Shown here: positions 51,515 to 59,806 of the stretch, one piece after another | Layout of the letters: each line of letters begins with the position of its first letter | Numbering within the stretch: the first letter of the stretch is position 1 | Origin: Promethearchaeota archaeon Loki_b31 | Lineage (GTDB): Archaea > Asgardarchaeota > Lokiarchaeia > Sigyniarchaeales > SOKP01 | Assembly (NCBI GenBank): GCA_005222975.1 | Contig: NJBI01000002.1 | Span: 32,001 to 96,000 of the forward strand | Reading direction: 5' to 3' | DNA: 64,000 nt | The notes under the pieces: generated by a model | What the model was told of the DNA's origin: nothing | What the model saw: the letters and a program-made list of their open reading frames with translations, nothing else | The model's database searches: none | Program-made: the position numbers and the translations under genes

Positions 51515-52837
51515 TTAACCTCCTCTAATTACTTCTGCTGCCCTTGCTGCCGCACCGCTCGCCTCAGAAACCGAGCGTGGTATATCCATTGGCTCATGCA
51601 CGCATCCGCATGTGAAGATACCTCCCTTACTGGTTTCTGTTGAGTCAAAAGGAGGAGTTTTAACAAATCTATACTCGTTTAATTCAATACCTAAAACTTC
51701 TGACATTTTCTCAATTCCTTCTGGTGGGATAATACACGTGGCTAAAACTGCTAAGTCTACTTTTAATTCTTTTATCTCTCCATTGTCCAAATCTTCATAC
51801 ACTATAATCGGATTTTCTTTATTATCAACGGTAATTTGAGCAATTTTACTCTTAATATATTTAATACTATAATCATTTTCGCCCCTTTGAATAAAAGATT
51901 GAAAGCCTTTACCCCCTGCTCTCATATCTATATAAAAGACATACGACTCCAATTCATTATTATGCTCGTAAGCTATCATAGCTTCTTTAGTTGTATACAT
52001 ACAACAAATCGACGAGCAATACTGTCTACTTCTATCGTTTCGTGAACCGATACATTGTAAATAAGCTATTTTTTTTGGTTTTTCTCCATCAGATAGTCTT
52101 TTTATGTGCCCATCTTGAGGTCCAGAAGCGCTTAACAATCTTTCGAATTCTAAGGCGGTAACGACATTCCTGTACTTTTGATAACCGTAATTTCTTAAAA
52201 CCTCATTATCAATATCTTCGATCAAATTATACCCCGTAGCAACGATAATAGAACCAACATTATTCAATTTAATTTGTTGATCTTGTTGCTCAAAATCAAT
52301 TGCTTCCTTCTCACAAACTTTCTCACAAATTCTACAAGCGTTCTTTGTAAACCATAAGCAATTATCCTTATCAATCGTCATTATAGCAGGAACTCCTTGC
52401 AAGTAATACATATAAATAGCTCTCCTTTTTCTTAGCTGACGATCGAATTCATCTATTACCCTCATTGGGCATTTTTCAGCGCAAACACCGCAATTTATAC
52501 ACTCATCTTCTTTAACGTAGCGTGCACGTTTTAAAATATCGACCGAAAAATTACCGCTCTCACCCTCCACTTTCTGAACTTCTGAATACGAATAGAGCGT
52601 AATGTTTGGATGTCTATAACATTCTGATAATTTAGGGGCTAATATGCAAATCGAACAATCGTTGGTAGGAAATGTTTTATCTAATTGGGCCATTCTGCCC
52701 CCGATATTTGGAGCTTTTTCTACCATATCTACATGTATTCCCATATCCGCTAAATCTAATGCTGCTTGAATTCCTGCGATCCCACCACCGATAACTAAGA
52801 CACTCTTTGAGTTTTTTTCCAAATTTACTTCACTCAT
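51515..52837 (-). CDS. hdrA: HdrA-like subunit (N-terminal half of a split long HdrA)
   Basis: GGGIAG, GGRMAQLDKTFPTNDC, 2x[4Fe-4S] and YCSSICC; collinear with residues ~1-430 of the 1004-aa paralog. Confidence 0.9.
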   Translation of the reverse strand: MSEVNLEKNSKSVLVIGGGIAGIQAALDLADMGIHVDMVEKAPNIGGRMAQLDKTFPTNDCSICILAPKLSECYRHPNITLYSYSEVQKVEGESGNFSVDILKRARYVKEDECINCGVCAEKCPMRVIDEFDRQLRKRRAIYMYYLQGVPAIMTIDKDNCLWFTKNACRICEKVCEKEAIDFEQQDQQIKLNNVGSIIVATGYNLIEDIDNEVLRNYGYQKYRNVVTALEFERLLSASGPQDGHIKRLSDGEKPKKIAYLQCIGSRNDRSRQYCSSICCMYTTKEAMIAYEHNNELESYVFYIDMRAGGKGFQSFIQRGENDYSIKYIKSKIAQITVDNKENPIIVYEDLDNGEIKELKVDLAVLATCIIPPEGIEKMSEVLGIELNEYRFVKTPPFDSTETSKGGIFTCGCVHEPMDIPRSVSEASGAAARAAEVIRGG

Positions 52838-52861
52838 TATTAATTTTAATTTTAATAAAGT

Positions 52862-53737
52862 TTAAACATTAAACCCTATACTTTCGAATAATTCCTTTGG
52901 TTTAATTCGATGAAAGTTAAATCCTAATTCTTCCGGTTTAAACCCAAATGATAAAGCCATCAACTCAGACAAATAAAAAACAGGTATGTTGTATTCAGTA
53001 TTATTTCTCTTGTTAAGTTCTCTCTGATTAAACTCAAATTGTTGATAACAAGCAGGACATACTACAACAACACAGTTAGCGCCAGCTTCATTAATTGCTT
53101 TCAATTTGTTGTCTATCATTTGCAGAGATAAATCCCTATCCGACTTATCAAGAGGATTTCCACAACACTCCATTTTTAGCTCATATTCTATGGATTCCGC
53201 TCCCAATGTCTTAACGATTTCATCTAAAGTTACTGGTTCAAATGGGTCGTCCCATTTAATAAACTCTGAAGGCCTTAAATAGTGACAACCGTAATGAATG
53301 GCGACCTTAAAACCTTCCAAGGGTTTTTCTATGTTTTCTTTAACTTTTTCTAGATTTTCATAAAGAACTTGAGCAAAATGTTTTACTTCTGTTTTGCCCT
53401 CATATGTCTTTCCAATCCTTTTTAAGTATTTGTTAACTTTTTGCTTAGCGTCTCTATCCTTATTTATAAAATAATTTACGCCTTTTAATGTTTCAACGCA
53501 TCCTGAGCAAAAAGATATGACTCCTCCATTGTTATTGCACAAACTTAAATTCCTTGCACCCAAAGCTAACCATGTTTCGTGGTCAATTAGTTCAATTCCA
53601 GTAGGATCAGGACAACAACTAAATCCGTCAACATCTCGTAATTCAATACCAAGTTTTTCAAAAACTTTTCTTGAAGATACCTCTAAATAAGGTAATCTTG
53701 CCGGAATAACGCAACCCAAAAATAAATCGTACGCCAT
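52862..53737 (-). CDS. hdrB: Heterodisulfide reductase subunit B
   Basis: Two CCG-type domains: FLGC...SCCP...CSGC and YGCH...ECCG...CPAC. Confidence 0.93.
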   Translation of the reverse strand: MAYDLFLGCVIPARLPYLEVSSRKVFEKLGIELRDVDGFSCCPDPTGIELIDHETWLALGARNLSLCNNNGGVISFCSGCVETLKGVNYFINKDRDAKQKVNKYLKRIGKTYEGKTEVKHFAQVLYENLEKVKENIEKPLEGFKVAIHYGCHYLRPSEFIKWDDPFEPVTLDEIVKTLGAESIEYELKMECCGNPLDKSDRDLSLQMIDNKLKAINEAGANCVVVVCPACYQQFEFNQRELNKRNNTEYNIPVFYLSELMALSFGFKPEELGFNFHRIKPKELFESIGFNV

Positions 53738-53738
53738 T

Positions 53739-54236
53739 TTATTCGCGCCCCCTCAAGATATTTTTTTCAAAATTAGTCTCTCTCATTAGAGTTTTAATCT
53801 CTTCCGCTGACGCGATTTTGATCTCTGGAAGACCTAATTTTTTACGCCTAGCAACGATCGAATTTGAATAAGGAATGGCAACTCCAGTATCAAATACCGC
53901 TTTACCCTGGGAGTAAAACGCTTCGGGATATTTCTGCTCTTCAAAACACAAGTTTTTTATTAAAGTAAATATCTCCGTTAATTCTACCTTTTGAGGGCAC
54001 AACTCAACGCATTTTTGACAAGTCGAACACAACCAGGGGTTAGGATCTTGACTCTCAACTAATTTATCCTTTAATCCTAATATTGCCTCTTCAATTATTT
54101 TTCTAGGATTATACTTCCCATTTGTAAGTAAAGCTACAGGACACCCACCAGAACACGTTGAACATTGATAACAATAACTTAATGAAGCGTTATGCTTGAG
54201 TACTTCGTTTCTAAAATTATAATTTACGACACTCAT
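53739..54236 (-). CDS. hdrC: Heterodisulfide reductase subunit C
   Basis: CYQCSTCSGGCP and WLCSTCQKCVELCP. Confidence 0.93.
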   Translation of the reverse strand: MSVVNYNFRNEVLKHNASLSYCYQCSTCSGGCPVALLTNGKYNPRKIIEEAILGLKDKLVESQDPNPWLCSTCQKCVELCPQKVELTEIFTLIKNLCFEEQKYPEAFYSQGKAVFDTGVAIPYSNSIVARRKKLGLPEIKIASAEEIKTLMRETNFEKNILRGRE

Positions 54237-54420
54237 GTCAAAACCTCTTTTTCTAACCTTTTGTGATTTTTAATGGTATAACTAATTTAAATTTTACAAA
54301 AAGGAAATATAAGTTCAATTAATTTATTACATTTCAGCACAATTAGATAAATTATAATGGAAAATCGACATTTCCATTCTAACTTGTTTAGATAACTATT
54401 GAATTTGATTCTATTTTTAA

Positions 54421-54699
54421 TTACTCGAGATGCTTTTGAAGATCTATGTAAATTGGTATCTCTTCGCCCTTCTTCTTAATTACAACTCTTAAAAGCCCAT
54501 CCTCTATAGATGTTTCAATTGGTCTTAACTCTTCTTCGGACGCTTTTGGAGCGATATCCCCTTCAGGACGCTTCGTTTTAGTCTTTAAACAAGTGTGTTG
54601 CTCGTTATAGAGAAGACAGTGTGAACAACAAAAGCCTTCCGGCATATATCCCACTATTGAACACTTATCGTAATTGTCGCAATTACAGTTGTTACACAT
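54421..54699 (-). CDS. 8-Cys microprotein, paralog 3
   Basis: MCNNCNC...CSIVGY-x-P-x2-FCC-x2-C...C; SD GAGGT upstream. Confidence 0.85.
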   Translation of the reverse strand: MCNNCNCDNYDKCSIVGYMPEGFCCSHCLLYNEQHTCLKTKTKRPEGDIAPKASEEELRPIETSIEDGLLRVVIKKKGEEIPIYIDLQKHLE

Positions 54700-54711
54700 A
54701 AGCGTTTACCT

Positions 54712-54942
54712 CTATTTGCCTATGATAGTGGTTATCTTTTCCTTTTTTGCTTCTTCCTGAGTTTCAACTCGAATATGTTGAGAATTTGAGTCAAAAACCT
54801 TTGCTTTCATTCTAATATAATTTTCGCACGAATGTCTATTTTCGTACCCTACACAAATTTCGCAACAAAACGCAATCGGTTGGTACCCAACAATCGAACA
54901 TCGATCGTAAGCATCTTGACTACAATTACAGCTATTACACAT
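54712..54942 (-). CDS. 8-Cys microprotein, paralog 2
   Basis: Same motif; GAGAGGG upstream. Confidence 0.85.
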   Translation of the reverse strand: MCNSCNCSQDAYDRCSIVGYQPIAFCCEICVGYENRHSCENYIRMKAKVFDSNSQHIRVETQEEAKKEKITTIIGK

Positions 54943-54962
54943 ATTTAATTCCCTCTCGATTT

Positions 54963-55139
54963 TTAGTGAATAATTATCTGTGTTGGCAGGTTATTCCTGC
55001 TAAACTCAACTTCTCTTAGTGTCTGAAAGCATTTTTCCCGGTCTTCGTAAAAAACACATTTAGGACAACAAAAACCTAATGGAAAATACCCGACAATGGA
55101 ACATTTCTCGTAGTTTTCGCAATCGCAGTTATTACACAT
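54963..55139 (-). CDS. 8-Cys microprotein, paralog 1 (58 aa, not in ORF track)
   Basis: MCNNCDCENYEKCSIVGYFPLGFCCPKCVFYEDREKCFQTLREVEFSRNNLPTQIIIH, translated by hand. Confidence 0.85.
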   Translation of the reverse strand: MCNNCDCENYEKCSIVGYFPLGFCCPKCVFYEDREKCFQTLREVEFSRNNLPTQIIIH

Positions 55140-55195
55140 TTTTATTCACTTTTATTATTTTTTTATTGTGAATTAATTCCCACAATTTTTTTTAC

Positions 55196-55752
55196 TATGA
55201 TCATAATTAGATAAATTAGTATTTAAATGTGACTTTTTCCAACTTTTCGACTAGACTTTTTATCGATAATTATGATTTTGTTTGTTTAGAGCAATGATTC
55301 TGATCAGAATCTACGCATCCAATAACGAACCAATTTTAACTGATCCAAATCACTAATTAATATAGAATATTATTATTCAAAGGTTCAAAATGTAAAAAAA
55401 GTTCAAAAAAAGCCAAACATATGATGCTTTTCGAAAAATAATCGCTATAAAATGGTAAAAATCATGAATTCCCTTGGACACGAGTGTAACCAATGAACCT
55501 AATAATGTTGAATATAACGAGTAGAAAGCGTGTTTTGATAGTTTTTAAAAATTAAAATAATTTAAACCTAAAAAAATAACATGTTCGAGTTTAGGAAGAT
55601 ATTATTTTTATCACATCAATGATCGATAAAGGCAAGGAATTCAAGTGATTTATGTAAGGATTCAACATTTTATGAACTTATTTAAGATAAGGTTTCAGAA
55701 AAAATTTCGAAAAACGATAAAAATTAATAATTGATCATTGATAATTGATCAT
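55196..55752. promoter_or_regulatory. Cluster of TGATCA-centred candidate operators in divergent promoter region
   Basis: TATGATCATA (55196-55205), perfect palindrome GATTCTGATCAGAATC (55296-55311), direct repeat ATAATTGATCAT (55727-55738, 55741-55752). Confidence 0.45.
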
Positions 55753-55807
55753 AAGAACATTATAATTTTGTAAAGATATTAATAATAATACAAGTGAGTT
55801 AATTGAA

Positions 55808-56227
55808 ATGGATGTTATAGACATTAAGATTTTAGAAGAATTAAAAATGGATAGTAGAATGTCGTTTAATGAAATCAGTAAACGTATTATGAAAACAGAA
55901 GCAACCGTTAGAAGAAGAGTGAAAAAATTGAGAGAAGATGGAATTATCAAGCGGTTTACAATAGATTATGTAATTGATACAAAACCTAAAACTTCCGCAA
56001 CTATAAAAATAGAGCCTGATTTCAAAGATATTAAGCGAATTTTGAATGAATTAAAAGAAATTGAGGAAATAACGGCTATTTGGAGGTTATCTGGAGATTG
56101 TGGACTTCTTATGAAAGTAGATATTGCCTCTATCGAGAAGTTTAATCCCCTTATAGAAGACAAGATCTCTCAGGTTTCAGGAATAAAAATAGTAGAAACC
56201 TGTTTTATAACTGATATTATCAAATAA
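55808..56227 (+). CDS. Lrp/AsnC family transcriptional regulator
   Basis: D-x2-D-x-KIL-x2-L-x2-DSR HTH, TVRRRVKKL-x3-GII, C-terminal RAM domain (SGD-x2-LL). Confidence 0.93.
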   Translation: MDVIDIKILEELKMDSRMSFNEISKRIMKTEATVRRRVKKLREDGIIKRFTIDYVIDTKPKTSATIKIEPDFKDIKRILNELKEIEEITAIWRLSGDCGLLMKVDIASIEKFNPLIEDKISQVSGIKIVETCFITDIIK

Positions 56228-56455
56228 CAAAAAAATTCTTTTTACTAATTACTAATCTTTTTTTAATCTAAATCTAAACGAAAAATTAACTTAGTTTTTA
56301 CCTGAAAAATGGGGAAAAAGGCAAAAAGATATTAAAGTTCTAAAACATTAAGCCTAAAAAAATTAATAATTTTCCACAGTCACTTTTTTTTAATTATTTT
56401 GGGACGATATAACGAACATAAGAAAATAATATTTTCCTTTAAAAATTATTAAAAG

Positions 56456-56641
56456 ATGATAAATATAATGATTAACGAGGTAATTATTAACCCAAAAAGT
56501 TGCATTTTGTCGTGCCCATTTTCACACGCGTGCAACCTTCCCAAAGTTGAAAGTTTATGCAATTTTCCAGATTATAAACTTTGCCATGATTACGATTCCA
56601 AACTAAAAAGATTAAAAGCCTCAACCAAAATCTTGCACTAA
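56456..56641 (+). CDS. Small Cys-rich hypothetical protein
   Basis: C-x3-CPF-x3-C-x8-C-x7-C; alternative ATG at 56468. Confidence 0.6.
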   Translation: MINIMINEVIINPKSCILSCPFSHACNLPKVESLCNFPDYKLCHDYDSKLKRLKASTKILH

Positions 56642-56804
56642 TTAAAATCTAAACCCCTGAAACTGAGAATTTTATAATGTTTTTTAAAAATCAGGTAAAT
56701 TCAAGGCTTAGTTTAAGCATAAATGGTCTAAATTAATATATATCTACTTTTAAAACTAACGAAATGCAAATACTAAGTAGTTAAAACCTAAGAAAAGAAA
56801 AATA

Positions 56805-57095
56805 TTATAACTCTTTCTCTATTAAAATCTCGTTCAAAACGATATCGAGCTCAATGTCGGAGTCTCTTATCTTTTTAACGACTTTCCTTAAACCATAATC
56901 GTTTAACATTAGTTCAATAATGTTTTTATATAACCCGACTATGTTTTCCTTGCCCGCTTCGTAAAAAATTTGATCATCTTTATCAGCAAGGCCAATGCTT
57001 AGGATATCGTATAATCCCTTAATGGACTCCTTAATATCGTGGAAATTCTTCTCGGCTTTTTCTACACTACCATTCGTAAAATTTGTTTGAGGCAT
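56805..57095 (-). CDS. Hypothetical small helical protein
   Basis: ATG at 57095 (MPQTNF...) follows SD-like GTGAT; the track start 57182 probably overcalls. Confidence 0.65.
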   Translation of the reverse strand: MPQTNFTNGSVEKAEKNFHDIKESIKGLYDILSIGLADKDDQIFYEAGKENIVGLYKNIIELMLNDYGLRKVVKKIRDSDIELDIVLNEILIEKEL

Positions 57096-57583
57096 TTTTT
57101 TAATCACTATGTTACAATAATAAATCTGAATATTTAAATGATTATTATTTTCGACTATTTCGTGTAAGTTCACGATCAGCAAATGTAAGGGATTCTTATG
57201 GTGTTGACGAATATCATAAACAAAAATAATAAAATAACAGATAAGAAAATGTCGAAAATAGTAATAAAAAAAACTTTAGGTGTGATGATAATCAAAAATA
57301 TATTAAGTCGATCGACGAATCTCGTCATAAAGATCTTTTTTGATCGAACTTTTCTGAAAAATGAAGAAAAAGTCAATTTTTAGAACATTATTTTTTTAAA
57401 AAACAATAGATAAATAAGCTAATACTTAACATAGTTCTCTCTTTTAGAACCCAAAATATATAAAAAAAAAACTTTATTGAGATTTTTCTTCCAATTTTAT
57501 ATTAGAAGTGATATAAAGGCTGATAACACAACTTATTATTTTTATATCGAGTGATTTCGAAATTAATAAAAATGTTAAAAAAC

Positions 57584-58771
57584 TTATACATATTCGATTG
57601 TTGCCGGGGGTTTGGGAGTGATGTCAAAATATATATTTTTTGTATCAGGGATTTCAAACAATTTATATTTTATTTCTTCGATTAAATCGAGTGGTAAATT
57701 TGTAACGCTTGCCGTCCTTGCGTCGATGGAATTGATAGATCGGATGAGAACGTCGTAAATTCCTTCGTGACTTTCGTAAAGCTCGTAAAGTATCCTGGCA
57801 TAACCTTTTATTTGTGAAGAAAAATGTACTAATTTTTCAAAATCCCATTCACCTTTAATCGATAAAGGAACTTCGTAAGTTCTTTGGCCGTTAATGATTC
57901 CGGTGACTTTTCTTAATAGCACATCCGTGGTTGTCGCTGCAAACGCTTGAAATGGTTCCTGCTCTCCCTTATCGTTAATTACCATAGGTTTACCAAATTT
58001 TTCAGTATAATAATCGTCAACAGTTGATTCAACAATATCGTGGACTTTTTTTTCAAATTTCAAATTTTCTGAAGTGACTGGACCAATAATACGAGCCGAG
58101 AGCGCTGGACCTGGAAAAGCTTTTCGATAAACTAATTCGTTAGGCATTTTAAAATACTCGAGAATTTTTCTTACTTCCGGTTTCGTAAGACTTGCTACAG
58201 GTTGTATCGTTGCTTCTACGTCGTATTCAATATCCAAATTGTGTTGACTTTTAACGAAACCTCGAATATTTTTATTTTTTAAAGAAACTTCTTCCTTTAA
58301 AGACATGGTTTCTTTTAGATCTGAGATTTTAACGCCAAAACTTTCTTCAATATCTGGTAAAATGGTACCATCAGATAGTAGGTCGCATTTTTCTTCTTTA
58401 ATGACTTTGCTAATTGTATCTGAGTAAGCGTCTTTGAATAATTTTCTTTTTACTTCGGCATCCTCTTCTCCATAAATTTTAGGAAGAAATTTTTCCCTGA
58501 TATCTACCACCATAACTTCTGGAAATAGCTTTTTAATATTTTCTCTTTCTTCGACCCCCCTAATTATTCGCATAAGTCCATGATCGATAAAGACCGGAAT
58601 TGTATTGATATTTGCTTCTTTAAGCAAAAGGTAGGTCGCAGAACTGTCGATCCCTCCAGAAAGGGCACAAAAAACTTTTTTATCCTTCGCATGCTTCTGT
58701 AAAAATGTTATTGCAGCCTTAACAAACTTTTCGGGTTCGCGGGGCGGATTTATTAATCGATGATTTAGCAT
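57584..58771 (-). CDS. guaA: GMP synthase ATP pyrophosphatase subunit B
   Basis: ALSGGIDSS, DHGLMR, GTILPD, KSQHN, FPGPAL and DITPKPPATIEY. Confidence 0.9.
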   Translation of the reverse strand: MLNHRLINPPREPEKFVKAAITFLQKHAKDKKVFCALSGGIDSSATYLLLKEANINTIPVFIDHGLMRIIRGVEERENIKKLFPEVMVVDIREKFLPKIYGEEDAEVKRKLFKDAYSDTISKVIKEEKCDLLSDGTILPDIEESFGVKISDLKETMSLKEEVSLKNKNIRGFVKSQHNLDIEYDVEATIQPVASLTKPEVRKILEYFKMPNELVYRKAFPGPALSARIIGPVTSENLKFEKKVHDIVESTVDDYYTEKFGKPMVINDKGEQEPFQAFAATTTDVLLRKVTGIINGQRTYEVPLSIKGEWDFEKLVHFSSQIKGYARILYELYESHEGIYDVLIRSINSIDARTASVTNLPLDLIEEIKYKLFEIPDTKNIYFDITPKPPATIEYV

Positions 58772-58909
58772 AAAATAAATAAAGTTAATTCATAAAAAAA
58801 GCCTAATTATTAATTGGTTATGATTTGCCTAATTTTTTATAGAAGTTATTTGATGTAATATTTGATTCATTTATATTCAATTTCTAAAGAAAATTAAAGG
58901 TATAGCGAT

Positions 58910-59182
58910 TTGTCTGATACAATTTCCCCCGAATTAAGAGAAAAAATCGATTTGGTTGTCGAAAAAGCAATAGTAAGGCTAATTGAAAAAGCTTCAAAAG
59001 ATCAATCGTTAGAGGCGTTAATAAAAACTCTAATAGTTGAAAAAGTAATGAGTAGACTTAAACCATTAATGAATAGGTACATAGCGAAAAAAATAGCTAG
59101 AAAAGCAGTTGAAAGAATAGTCGATAGAATGTGGGATAGACACAGAGATAGATTAATGGCAAAAATTAGAGCGTTGAAATAA
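58910..59182 (+). CDS. Small basic helical hypothetical protein
   Basis: 90 aa, TTG start with AGGT upstream. Confidence 0.65.
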   Translation: MSDTISPELREKIDLVVEKAIVRLIEKASKDQSLEALIKTLIVEKVMSRLKPLMNRYIAKKIARKAVERIVDRMWDRHRDRLMAKIRALK

Positions 59183-59210
59183 TTTTCAATTAACTTCCTT
59201 TTTCAAAGAC

Positions 59211-59672
59211 CTAACGAGTTCTTTGATTTTTTTCAATATATCGCTGGTGATATTCTTCCGCTATAAAAAATTCTGAGACGGGTTTAATCTCCGTAACTAT
59301 TTGTTTTTTATACTTTCCAGCCTTTTCAAGCATTGATTTTGCCAGGAGGGCGGTTTTTTTCTGTTCTTCGTTATGATAAAATATGACAGATCTATATTGA
59401 GTGCCAATATCCCATCCTTGTCGATTAAGGCTCGTTGGATCGTGGATGTTCCAAAAAATGTTTATCAATTCTTCGTACGACACAATAGAAGGATCGTAAC
59501 CAATTTCAACTACTTCTGCGTGCCCAGTTTCGCTCGAGCACACGTCTTTATAGGTCGGATTTTTCAAAGTTCCGCCGCTATAACCTACTCTTGTTGAAAC
59601 AACGCCATTAATCTTTCGAAATTTTTCTTCTATACCCCAAAAACACCCTGCTCCAAATGTTGCTTTCTCCAT
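59211..59672 (-). CDS. msrA: Peptide methionine sulfoxide reductase A
   Basis: GAGCFWG, GHAEVV, HDPT, GTQYRS and AEEYHQ; start at MEKAT (59672). Confidence 0.96.
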   Translation of the reverse strand: MEKATFGAGCFWGIEEKFRKINGVVSTRVGYSGGTLKNPTYKDVCSSETGHAEVVEIGYDPSIVSYEELINIFWNIHDPTSLNRQGWDIGTQYRSVIFYHNEEQKKTALLAKSMLEKAGKYKKQIVTEIKPVSEFFIAEEYHQRYIEKNQRTR

Positions 59673-59806
59673 AGTTCTATTTAGGATTAAAAAGAGGTTA
59701 TTAAAAAACAATTGGATAATTTCTTATAAACAAAAATGATTGAACGCAAATATTTTTAAAATAGATATAGATAAAAGAAAAAATTTTGAAAAAATTAATT
59801 TAAGAA

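Noticed and set aside
45561-52837. Selenocysteine in HdrA/MvhD, which are known selenoprotein families in Lokiarchaeia
   Set aside because: All frames are uninterrupted, with Cys at the motif positions and no in-frame TGA.
57176-57383. Mutually overlapping ORFs 57176..57376 and 57198..57383
   Set aside because: Low-complexity translations of AT-rich intergenic DNA with no SD or motif.
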